A stretch of DNA of 64,000 nucleotides from Candidatus Levyibacteriota bacterium (GTDB lineage: Bacteria > Patescibacteriota > Microgenomatia > Levybacterales > GWA1-39-11): positions 236,134 to 300,133 of the forward strand of contig DAIQMY010000001.1 of NCBI GenBank assembly GCA_036788695.1. The letters are read 5' to 3'. Of this stretch, positions 1 through 8,394 are shown piece after piece. Position numbers and translations under genes: made by a program. The notes under the pieces are model-generated. The model ran no database searches. It saw only the letters and a list, made by a program, of their open reading frames with translations, and was not told the origin of the DNA. Within the stretch, counting starts at the first letter, position 1. The number at the start of each line of letters is the position of its first letter.

Positions 1-618
1 TCCATCTGGCTTTACTCCTTCCTTGAAGATGTCATAATCCCATGGGACAGTAATTACTTGTACCCCTCTTTTTAGCAAGCTTCGAGCTATGTTTCTTTTT
101 GATCCACAATCAAATAGTACAATTTTTTCCTTTCCATTTCCTTGAGTATGTACGTTTTTTGTAGAACAAAGAGCAACTAAGTTTTCTTCATTCGGATCAT
201 ATAGCTCTATGTCTTTCGTAAATACTATTTTCCCAAGCATGGTACCGTTTGCTCTTAGTATTTGTGTAATATATCTTGTATCAGATATTTCAAGAGCAGG
301 AATTCCTTCTTCTTGTAGCCAGTCAGAAAGACTTCTTACGCTTGTCGCATGAGAAGGCGCTGCAATATAGTTGCATACAATAAGTCCTGTAATATGAATC
401 TTTGAAGATTCAAAAAATTTTCTATTAGATACTCCATAATTTCCAATGAGAGGATAGGTAAGTACCAAAATTTGCCCCTTATAGGACGGGTCAGTAATAC
501 TTTCTGGATAACCCACCATTCCGGTTGCAAATACAACTTCACCTGAAACGCTCACATCCTTTCCAAAGGATTTACCTGAAAACGTTGTGCCATCTGATAG
601 AATTAATTTCCCCTTCAT
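1..618 (-). CDS. carA: Carbamoyl-phosphate synthase small subunit (glutamine amidotransferase), N-terminal ~206 aa; 3' end runs off window start
   Basis: Hand translation of the minus strand (not in the ORF track because it has no stop in the window) gives MKGKLILSDGTTFSGKSFGKDVSVSGEVVFATGMVGYPESITDPSYKGQILVLTYPLIGNYGV...LEISDTRYITQILRANG...IVLFDCGSKRNIARSLLKRGVQVITVPWDYD. These are classic CarA motifs (TDPSY, LTYPLIGNYG, IDTR, DxGxKxN). The ATG overlaps the pyrB stop as ATGA. Track ORF 336..542(-) is an out-of-frame shadow. Confidence 0.8.
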   Translation of the reverse strand, partial: MKGKLILSDGTTFSGKSFGKDVSVSGEVVFATGMVGYPESITDPSYKGQILVLTYPLIGNYGVSNRKFFESSKIHITGLIVCNYIAAPSHATSVRSLSDWLQEEGIPALEISDTRYITQILRANGTMLGKIVFTKDIELYDPNEENLVALCSTKNVHTQGNGKEKIVLFDCGSKRNIARSLLKRGVQVITVPWDYDIFKEGVKPDG

Positions 619-1586
619 ACTTTTTTTCCCGTGACAAGCGCAAGTAATGCCATTCTTACATATACACCGTTTCGCATCTGTTTATGCATATATACAGCAC
701 GAGGATCATTATCTACCGAAACATCTATTTCGTCTACTCGTGGAAGTGGGTGCATGAATATTGTTTTTTTACCTGCATAGTTTTCTATGAGTCGAGGAGT
801 TAGAACTAAAGTATTTTTATGTTTTTTATACTCTTTTAGGTTTGTGAATCTCTCTTTTTGTACTCGTGTCCAATACCAAAAGTCAGCGTTTTTAGGTATC
901 TCTTCCTCAGTAGATATTTCAATTAGCTTTATTCCAGACGCACTGAGGGCATGAAGCTCACGACGAGCAATTCGCAATTTTTCGGAAGATAACAAATAAA
1001 CTGTGTTACCTTTAAATAAAGACAGTCCTTTTATGAGTGATTTTACTGTCCTTCCGTTTAGCATATCTCCCGCACAGACCCCTGTTAGATTTGTGAGCCT
1101 TCCTGTTTCCTCAAAAATGGTATACATATCTAAAAGTGTTTGTGTTGGATGTTCATTCGTCCCATCTCCGGCGTTTATAATTGGTATATCTGCGACAGCA
1201 GCCGCTTCATTGGCGCTTCCATTTTCTGGGTGTCTTAAAACAATAATATCGCTGAAGCATTCAAGTGTTAAAATGGTATCTTTTAATGATTCGCCTTTTA
1301 TTACAGAAGAACTACTAGCTGCGTTTTGAATTGGGATAATACCTGCGCCTAGTTGTTGAGCTGCGGAAGTGAAAGAAGAAAAGGTGCGGGTTGATGGTTC
1401 ATAGAACAAAAGCGAAATAATTTTTCCAGAAAGTATTTTTGATGGTTTTGCCAAGTCCCGTAAGGGCTTAAGCTTTTTTGCAGTATATAAAATTTCCTTT
1501 ATTTCTTCTGGTGAGAATTGATCAAGCGAAATAATATCTTTCCCTATTAAATTATGTGAGTTTTTTTCAATTATTTTTTTTGACAT
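615..1586 (-). CDS. pyrB: Aspartate carbamoyltransferase catalytic subunit
   Basis: Contains STRTFSSF (STRTR-like carbamoyl-phosphate site), HPTQTLLD and FMHPLPRVDEI motifs typical of ATCase. The likely start is the internal MSKKIIEK Met (about 1586) rather than the ORF-track start at 1658. Confidence 0.8.
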   Translation of the reverse strand: MSKKIIEKNSHNLIGKDIISLDQFSPEEIKEILYTAKKLKPLRDLAKPSKILSGKIISLLFYEPSTRTFSSFTSAAQQLGAGIIPIQNAASSSSVIKGESLKDTILTLECFSDIIVLRHPENGSANEAAAVADIPIINAGDGTNEHPTQTLLDMYTIFEETGRLTNLTGVCAGDMLNGRTVKSLIKGLSLFKGNTVYLLSSEKLRIARRELHALSASGIKLIEISTEEEIPKNADFWYWTRVQKERFTNLKEYKKHKNTLVLTPRLIENYAGKKTIFMHPLPRVDEIDVSVDNDPRAVYMHKQMRNGVYVRMALLALVTGKKV

Positions 1587-1666
1587 CAGGTAATCGAGCA
1601 GACATGAAAACAACTTTAACAAAAATATAGAACCTACGCAAGATTGAAAAGGGCGCAAAAAAGGGC

Positions 1667-1695
1667 TTGACAGAATTTAGCAGTCATGTTATATT
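1667..1695 (+). promoter_or_regulatory. Sigma70-like promoter TTGACA-N17-TATATT upstream of hrcA
   Basis: TTGACA at ~1667-1672, a 17-nt spacer, and TATATT at ~1690-1695, about 60 nt upstream of the hrcA ATG. Confidence 0.5.
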
Positions 1696-1703
1696 ATTGC
1701 TAA
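1677..1703 (+). promoter_or_regulatory. CIRCE-like inverted repeat (putative HrcA operator) overlapping the -10
   Basis: TTAGCAGTC-N9-TATTGCTAA, compared with the CIRCE consensus TTAGCACTC-N9-GAGTGCTAA. The outer TTAGCA / TGCTAA arms are conserved and the inner arms are degenerate. Confidence 0.5.
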
Positions 1704-1754
1704 TCTGCATAAAATATATGCATAATAAGTTTTTATATTCTAGATTTTAAATGT

Positions 1755-2474
1755 ATGTATGATCTAACACCACGGCAGGTTGATATTTTAAAGCTAATAG
1801 TAAGAGAGTATATTGATAACGCAGAGGCAGTAGGGTCAGAAACTCTTGAGAAAAAACACGATGTGGGGATATCCCCTGCAACTATTAGAAATGAAATGGC
1901 AGCTATGGTTAAGTTGGGATATTTATCAAAAGCTCACACATCAGCAGGAAGAATTCCAACTACGAAAGCTTTAAAGCTTTACATAAACGAGCTGATGCGT
2001 GAAAAAGAGCTGTCTGTTGCTGATGAGGTTCAGGCAAAGGAACATGTTTGGGACTTACGTTCTCAAGAAGAAAAGTTTTTAAGAGGCATAACGAGGGATT
2101 TGGCGCAAAAGACAAGAACGCTTGCAGTTACAACAACAGATGACGGAGATATCTACTATTCAGGGTATGCAAATATTCTTGAAACGCCAGAGTTTTATGA
2201 TATTGATATAGCAAAGAATTTATTATCAATTTTAGATAGCGCAGTATGTTTTGACTTGATTACAAAAAGAATTGAAAATGAATTAGGAGTTTTTTTAGGA
2301 GATGAACTTGGAAGTGATATGTATAGACCGTATAGTTTTGTTTTTTCAAGATTTCACACTAAAAATATTAATGGATCAATTGGGGTTGTAGGTCCTGCAA
2401 GAATTAGGTACGAGCTCGTAATCCCCACTGTACGATTTTTTGGCGGTCTTATTGGTGAGGTAGCTGAGTGGTAA
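1755..2474 (+). CDS. hrcA: Heat-inducible transcription repressor HrcA (short form, 239 aa)
   Basis: The N-terminal wHTH region (LTPRQVDILKLIVREYIDNAEAVGSETL...ISPATIRNEMAAMVKLGYL) matches HrcA. The gene sits immediately upstream of grpE-dnaK. Confidence 0.85.
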   Translation: MYDLTPRQVDILKLIVREYIDNAEAVGSETLEKKHDVGISPATIRNEMAAMVKLGYLSKAHTSAGRIPTTKALKLYINELMREKELSVADEVQAKEHVWDLRSQEEKFLRGITRDLAQKTRTLAVTTTDDGDIYYSGYANILETPEFYDIDIAKNLLSILDSAVCFDLITKRIENELGVFLGDELGSDMYRPYSFVFSRFHTKNINGSIGVVGPARIRYELVIPTVRFFGGLIGEVAEW

Positions 2475-2481
2475 TAAAAAG

Positions 2482-3018
2482 ATGGATGACAAAACACAAA
2501 AACCAAAAGTTGAAGAAAATCTGGATGAAATAGAAGAGCTAGACGATGAATTAGATGAAGAAGAGGAGAAGTTGGCATCCGAGCAAAGAGAGCAGGCGGG
2601 ACTGAAGGAGAGAATTACAAGCCTTGAAGACCAGTTGAAGCGGGCAGTTGCGGATTATAGAAATCTTGAAAATAGAGTTCGGGAGGAGCGTTTAGAATTT
2701 GTTAAGTACGCAAACAGATCACTTATAGAGCAGTTGCTCCCAGCATTTGACACGCTTCTACTTGCTGAGAAATACACAAAAGACGAGAATTTAAAAATTA
2801 CGGCTAAGCATATATTGGAGGTATTAAAAGTTGCGGGAATTGAGAAGGTTGAAACAATTGGTAAGAAGTATGATCCTATCACCATGGAGGCGGTAGAAGT
2901 AATAGAGGGAGATAAGGAGAAGGTGCTTGAAGAGACACAGCCTGGATTTACGATATATGGGAAAATTATAAGACCCGCAAGAGTTAAAGTTGGGGGAAAA
3001 GATACGGTAAAAGAGTAG
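2482..3018 (+). CDS. grpE: Nucleotide exchange factor GrpE
   Basis: An acidic N-terminus and coiled coil (LEDQLKRAVADYRNLENRVREER), followed by a GrpE C-terminal beta domain (KKYDPITMEAVEV...GFTIYGKIIRPARVKV). Confidence 0.85.
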   Translation: MDDKTQKPKVEENLDEIEELDDELDEEEEKLASEQREQAGLKERITSLEDQLKRAVADYRNLENRVREERLEFVKYANRSLIEQLLPAFDTLLLAEKYTKDENLKITAKHILEVLKVAGIEKVETIGKKYDPITMEAVEVIEGDKEKVLEETQPGFTIYGKIIRPARVKVGGKDTVKE

Positions 3019-3090
3019 GGGTAGATTGAGATACTTTATGATTCTTGAAATTTAAGAGAGAATGCATAATAATAAGAAGGAATAAAAAAT

Positions 3091-5022
3091 ATGTCTAAAA
3101 TAATTGGAATAGATTTAGGAACAACAAATTCATGCGTTGCAGTAATGGAGGGCGGCGCGCCAAAAGTAATATTTTCTGCGGAGGGTAGAAATGTAACCCC
3201 ATCTGTTGTGGATCCAGTAGATAGAGTGGTTGGTGATGTTGCGAAAAGGCAAATGGTTTTAAAGCCAAAGCGTATCATTTTTTCTATAAAACGTCTTATG
3301 GGTCGTCGTTTTAATGATCCAACCGTTCAAGAAGACATAAAGCTGCTTCCCTATACCGTAAAGGCAGGGAAGGATGGACTTGCTGTTGTAGAGGTAGACG
3401 GAAAAACATATACGCCTCAAGAAATTTCAGCGATGATTCTGCAGAAAATAAAGTCTGATGCTGAATCGTATTTAGGAGACAAAATTACCCAGGCAGTTAT
3501 CACAGTTCCTGCGTACTTTGATGACGCACAGCGTCAAGCTACAAAACAGGCGGGAGAAATAGCAGGGCTAGAAGTTTTGCGTATCGTAAATGAGCCAACG
3601 GCCGCCGCGCTTGCTTATGGATTGGATAAAAAACATGCACACACAATTGCTGTATATGATATGGGTGGTGGTACGTTTGACGTATCTATATTAGAGTTAG
3701 GCGAAGGTGTATATGAGGTAAAATCTACAAATGGTGATACGCATTTAGGTGGAGACGATTTTGATCAGAAAATTATTGATTATCTTGCGGACGAATTTAA
3801 GAAAGAAAACAGCATTGATTTAAGGCGCGATCCTCAGGCGCTTCAAAGACTAAAAGAAGCAGCTGAAAAAGCAAAGATTGAATTATCATCATCTTCAGAA
3901 GCTGAAATCAATCAACCATTTATTACCCAAGGACCTAATGGACCACTTCATCTAACCATGAAGTTGTCTCGTGCAAAACTTGAGAGTATTGTAGGTGATT
4001 TAATTACAAAATCATTTAAATCTGTTGAATCAGCGCTCAAAGATGCAGGACTAAAAGCATCTGATGTGAATGAGATTATTATGGTCGGGGGTATGACCAG
4101 AATGCCAAAGGTAGTTGAGGAGGTAACAAAATTCTTTGGAAAAGAACCCAATAAAAGTGTAAACCCGGATGAGGTAGTAGCAATTGGAGCAGCTGTTCAG
4201 GCAGGAGTATTAGGGGGAGACGTGAAAGATGTATTGCTTTTAGACGTAACTCCACTGACGCTTGGTATTGAAACATTGGGTGGGGTTGCAACACCACTTA
4301 TTAATAGAAATTCAACAATTCCGACAAAGAAATCTCAAGTATTCTCAACTGCAGCAGATAATCAGACTCAGGTAGAAATTCATGTTGTTCAGGGTGAGCG
4401 TCCTATGGCAGCGGATAATAAATCTCTGGGAAGATTTGTTCTGGATGGAATTCCACCTGCTCCTAGAGGTGTTCCTCAAGTTGAGGTTGCATTTGATATA
4501 GATGCCTCAGGAATTCTTTCTGTTTCAGCAAAAGATAATGCAACAGGTAAAACGCAAAGCATTAAGATTACTGGAGGTACAGGTCTTTCAAAAGATGAAG
4601 TTGAAAGAATGACAAAAGAAGCAGAGGCACATGCTGAAGAAGATGAGAAGAAAAAGGAGTTGATTGAAGTAAGAAATAGAGCGGATGGACTCATCTTTAC
4701 CGCAGAAAAATCATTAAAAGACTTGGGAGAAAAAGTTCCTGCAGATTTAAAATCAGACGTTGAGGGGAAGATTTCTGCTCTGAGGGAAGCATTAAAAGGT
4801 GAAGACAAGGCAGATATAGAAGCAAAGACACAAGAGTTATCTGACCATCTATCCAAAATTGGTGAGACTATGCAAAACCAAGCTGGACAGCCTGGTGGAC
4901 AGGCAAGTTCAGGAGATTCTGGCGGAGAACAGCCATCTCAGGAGACATCACAGGCGAATCAAGACGGATCTGAAGCATCCACGGATAAAGACGAAGCCGT
5001 TGAGGGAGAAGTAGTAAACTAA
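3091..5022 (+). CDS. dnaK: Chaperone DnaK (Hsp70)
   Basis: Carries [26 protein letters not shown] and [16 protein letters not shown] motifs, and is full length with an acidic/G-rich C-terminal tail. Confidence 0.95.
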   Translation: MSKIIGIDLGTTNSCVAVMEGGAPKVIFSAEGRNVTPSVVDPVDRVVGDVAKRQMVLKPKRIIFSIKRLMGRRFNDPTVQEDIKLLPYTVKAGKDGLAVVEVDGKTYTPQEISAMILQKIKSDAESYLGDKITQAVITVPAYFDDAQRQATKQAGEIAGLEVLRIVNEPTAAALAYGLDKKHAHTIAVYDMGGGTFDVSILELGEGVYEVKSTNGDTHLGGDDFDQKIIDYLADEFKKENSIDLRRDPQALQRLKEAAEKAKIELSSSSEAEINQPFITQGPNGPLHLTMKLSRAKLESIVGDLITKSFKSVESALKDAGLKASDVNEIIMVGGMTRMPKVVEEVTKFFGKEPNKSVNPDEVVAIGAAVQAGVLGGDVKDVLLLDVTPLTLGIETLGGVATPLINRNSTIPTKKSQVFSTAADNQTQVEIHVVQGERPMAADNKSLGRFVLDGIPPAPRGVPQVEVAFDIDASGILSVSAKDNATGKTQSIKITGGTGLSKDEVERMTKEAEAHAEEDEKKKELIEVRNRADGLIFTAEKSLKDLGEKVPADLKSDVEGKISALREALKGEDKADIEAKTQELSDHLSKIGETMQNQAGQPGGQASSGDSGGEQPSQETSQANQDGSEASTDKDEAVEGEVVN

Positions 5023-5131
5023 TTTAGGCGTTTTCTTGTAAACGTTTCTTTACTTTTTATCATATTTCCACAAAATATTTATGATTTCATGCTTACCTAT
5101 ATGAGGTGGTAGAGTAAGTAGGTAAAAAAAG

Positions 5132-5821
5132 CTAGTCTGTGTATGCAATTTTTTTGGGGGTAAACACTTTTTTTATTGATTCAACAACCCCTTTATGAGC
5201 AAGCTTATTATATAGCTGACGTGCTTCTCTTTCTGACGCATGATAGTCAAAGATACGACTTGTTTTTTTTGTAACACCTAACCCCAGATCGCCCAGAATT
5301 ACGTTCGCATTTCCCTCAGAGTCGACAATAAAAAAATAGGTATCTTCGTATATATTAAAGCCTGCTCTATCTGCTTTTTGTGAAATTTCAATAAGCTGCT
5401 TCTTAACATTTTGTTTATTTTTAATAACCTCTTCAAAATCTACTTTTTTTTCAAATATCTCATTCATAGAAAATACTAATTTCTTATTTCCCTCTGTCAG
5501 ATCTGTTACGATTATGCTTCTTGTGCCCTCAATTTGCCTAACGGTTAGAGGAACAGGAAGGTCAGCTTGTTTCAATTCCAGATAATGTTTTACATAATCG
5601 TCTGAAACAAAAAACTCCCATGCTCGTGCATATTTAGGATCTCTTTCAGCAAATTTTCCCGCATTTCTTTCTCTCCCATTTTTTATGAGTACTAATTCTT
5701 GGATTATATATCTTGCTTCGTTGCCACTTCCTATATAAGTACCGTTTCCCCTAAGGAATACTTCTGACTTACGTCCAGTAAGTGGCGAGATGAGTGTTTT
5801 TCTTTCGTGATTTTCTGGCAT
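5132..5821 (-). CDS. Hypothetical protein with a minimal protein-kinase-like motif order (Bud32/RIO/KdkA-like?)
   Basis: In kinase order it has a Gly-rich IGSGNEARY, then VLIK (VAIK-like Lys), then IVDSEGNANVIL (catalytic-loop-like D...N), then GDLGLG (DFG-like), at ~229 aa. There is no confident family assignment. Confidence 0.3.
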   Translation of the reverse strand: MPENHERKTLISPLTGRKSEVFLRGNGTYIGSGNEARYIIQELVLIKNGRERNAGKFAERDPKYARAWEFFVSDDYVKHYLELKQADLPVPLTVRQIEGTRSIIVTDLTEGNKKLVFSMNEIFEKKVDFEEVIKNKQNVKKQLIEISQKADRAGFNIYEDTYFFIVDSEGNANVILGDLGLGVTKKTSRIFDYHASEREARQLYNKLAHKGVVESIKKVFTPKKIAYTD

Positions 5822-5861
5822 GAGTAGTATTATAGCAATAATTGTGCATCCGTTATAGGAT

Positions 5862-6173
5862 ATGCTAGTATTAATACATATGGCTTGTGCAGTAAATGAA
5901 GTAGCAACAGAATTAGGTTGTCTTCCTGATGATCCAGTAGGTTTTGTTCAAAAGTTTTATGGTTGGGGACTTTCTCTTATTGGAATGGTTGGGATTTTGT
6001 TTCTTATTTATGGAGGTTATCACATTCTAACATCCGGTGGGAATCCAGAAAGATTACAAAAAGGTAAGGAATATATATATTATGCAATTGCAGGAATTTT
6101 ACTCGCTGTTTTTGGGTATGTATTTGTAGAATTTATTGCAGGGTCAATACTTAGAATTCCCGGATTTTCATAA
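5862..6173 (+). CDS. Small two-TM protein resembling a TrbC/VirB2-type pilin core
   Basis: About 100 aa with two hydrophobic helices (GWGLSLIGMVGILFLIYGGYHIL and IYYAIAGILLAVFGYVFVEFIAGS) separated by a short polar loop (NPERLQKGKEY). There is no obvious cleavable leader. Confidence 0.3.
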   Translation: MLVLIHMACAVNEVATELGCLPDDPVGFVQKFYGWGLSLIGMVGILFLIYGGYHILTSGGNPERLQKGKEYIYYAIAGILLAVFGYVFVEFIAGSILRIPGFS

Positions 6174-6181
6174 TTTTTATT

Positions 6182-8344
6182 ATGTTAAAACAACTGCCCA
6201 TATTGTTTTTTTCAATACTGCTTTTATTGGTGTTTTCCTCTCGTGTGAGCTTTGCACAGTCAACATCAACAGTGAATACTTCCAAAAATCCTTTGGGAAC
6301 AGTAAATATTAAAATAGCAGATAATTCTGATTCTGTTCAGATTGATGATTCAGTGACTCCTGCAGTTGGGGATTGGATACCTGATTCAACGGTTACATTT
6401 GTGGGAAAAACAGCGAATAGGGCTGGAGATTTTCTTGATTGGACTATTCGGAATTATGACTGGACATGTGTAAAAACGAACACTGGATCATGTACGAGCG
6501 CGGGAAATCCATTAGTGGGCTTCTGGGCGCTTATCAGGAACATTGTATATGCGCTTCTTCTTATTGTAGTGTTGATTGCAGCTTTTGTGATGATAATAAC
6601 ACGCGGTAAAAGCCTGACAATAACACGTTTTATTCCACGATTTATATTTATTATTATATTAGTAACCTTATCATATGCACTTATACAACTTGCCTATCAG
6701 GTGACGGATATTGTCCAGGGATTTTTTCTTAGAACGGATGGAAAGCTTATCTCAACAAAAGACTTAATATTTATTGGATTTGATTATAAGAATTTTGAGG
6801 GAGCAAGGCGATATGGTTCACAGTATGATGAATCAGCTTTTATCACTCTCTTATTAGTACGGCTTACGGCTCTAACGTACTACGTTATGACAGGGGTGTT
6901 GTTAGTAAGAAAGATTATTTTATGGTTTTTTATTATCTTATCGCCTGTTTTTCCGCTTTTGCTCTTTTTTAAGCCCGTAAGAAATACAGGTAAAATATGG
7001 GTAGGTGAGTTTTTTAGATGGTTATTATACGCACCTCTTTTTGCAATATTTTTACAAGGATTAGTTGTACTGTGGAAGAGCAAAGGAGGTATACCTCTAG
7101 CATTTGATTTTACAAATGTGGGAAATGTTATCTACCCTACCGCAGTAAATATTTTAATAGGAGGACCTGGACAAAAGATATTTTTTGATACAGAAACAAG
7201 TTCTAACAGTGTTAACTTACAGGATACATTTGCGCTTTACATTGTAGCCTTGTTGATGTTATGGGTGGTAATTATATTGCCATTCTTGCTTCTTAAAATT
7301 TTCTTAGATTACTTAGGTGGGATATCACTTCAAGATAATGTGACAATGAAAAGGCTTCTTAATCGTGGATCTGAATTTTTACCAATTAATCGTCCTCCAA
7401 CTTCTCCTCCACCTGCTTCACTTCCGCCATCTCAAGGTGCGGGTAGAGCTATGCAAATACCATTTAATGCGTCTGCTTCCCGAAATATATCTGATACAAG
7501 AGCAATGAGTTCAGCACAGGCAAATCGTTCTATTGCGTCTATTCCGGTTAATGCACAGATATTGCAACTCGCTAATTTATCAGTACCAAAAATGCGAGAT
7601 ATTGCTCGTTTTGAAACATCTATGGTAACTCATAATTCGTCTAAAATGCAGGATGTCTCAAGACTAAAAACATCACTTACGAGAATTTCAAATCCTACTA
7701 CTATCACTGCTCCATTAGAGCGAGAAAGATATACGCAAGTAAAACAACAATTAATGTCAGAGAAACAAAAAGGTAATGTTCTGGCATCCTCAATTTTGAC
7801 TGCAGCAAACACAACAGCCGCTCCTTATCAGAAAGGAATGGTTTCATCCCAACAGGTTCATTTGCCGCAAGCAAATAAAGTTCAACAAGTAAGCATAGAA
7901 GACTACGAAGAAGTAAGAAAAATGTGGCAAGATACGTACCAAAATTCGACACCTCCAACTGATCTTTCAGGAAAGAAGGATTCAAGAGAAGAGTGGATTA
8001 AAGGAGATATAGATAAAATCAATCAAGCTATAACACTTTTAAATTCCGTTGATCCGGTAAGAACTCAGGAGGGAATGGATATGGTTTCAAATATACTTCC
8101 GTTCCTTATGATTGGTGGTTTCTCGAAAACTGAAGTTGTTGCCTATCTCAAGGCGAAGTTAGAGGCTGCCAAGGATGTTCTTTCATCAAGTTCCAAGAAA
8201 AATGAAGAAGACGATACTATGATTGATCGTAAAACAAAAACTGCAACTGCGGAAAATCATATGAGCACTCATGCAGAGGCAGAAGTTCCAACAGTAGATG
8301 ATGGCACAAAAAAACTTGAAGAATTAAGAAAACAAGGGCTATAA
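6182..8344 (+). CDS. Signal-peptide-bearing polytopic membrane protein, VirB6/TrbL-like topology, with a long S/T/Q-rich C-terminal region
   Basis: Has an N-terminal signal (LLLLVFSSRVSFAQS), a ~70-aa ectodomain, at least five TM helices, and a ~350-aa polar tail. It starts 9 nt after the small two-TM gene. Confidence 0.3.
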   Translation: MLKQLPILFFSILLLLVFSSRVSFAQSTSTVNTSKNPLGTVNIKIADNSDSVQIDDSVTPAVGDWIPDSTVTFVGKTANRAGDFLDWTIRNYDWTCVKTNTGSCTSAGNPLVGFWALIRNIVYALLLIVVLIAAFVMIITRGKSLTITRFIPRFIFIIILVTLSYALIQLAYQVTDIVQGFFLRTDGKLISTKDLIFIGFDYKNFEGARRYGSQYDESAFITLLLVRLTALTYYVMTGVLLVRKIILWFFIILSPVFPLLLFFKPVRNTGKIWVGEFFRWLLYAPLFAIFLQGLVVLWKSKGGIPLAFDFTNVGNVIYPTAVNILIGGPGQKIFFDTETSSNSVNLQDTFALYIVALLMLWVVIILPFLLLKIFLDYLGGISLQDNVTMKRLLNRGSEFLPINRPPTSPPPASLPPSQGAGRAMQIPFNASASRNISDTRAMSSAQANRSIASIPVNAQILQLANLSVPKMRDIARFETSMVTHNSSKMQDVSRLKTSLTRISNPTTITAPLERERYTQVKQQLMSEKQKGNVLASSILTAANTTAAPYQKGMVSSQQVHLPQANKVQQVSIEDYEEVRKMWQDTYQNSTPPTDLSGKKDSREEWIKGDIDKINQAITLLNSVDPVRTQEGMDMVSNILPFLMIGGFSKTEVVAYLKAKLEAAKDVLSSSSKKNEEDDTMIDRKTKTATAENHMSTHAEAEVPTVDDGTKKLEELRKQGL

Positions 8345-8394
8345 GGTATACTTGCAAAATAAGTATAAAATCCACATAATAGAATACACTGCCT

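Noticed and set aside
336-542. Track ORF (68 aa, minus strand)
   Set aside because: It lies out of frame inside the much better supported carA reading frame (1..618, minus), so it is a shadow ORF.
1003-1329. Track ORF (108 aa, plus strand)
   Set aside because: It is antisense and internal to pyrB, with proline- and serine-rich low-information translation.
5023-5131. Possible intrinsic terminator after dnaK (GTAAACGTTTCTTTAC + T5)
   Set aside because: The stem is only about 5 bp and AT-rich (AAACGTTT is a self-palindrome), so it is too weak to call. It is not listed as a feature.
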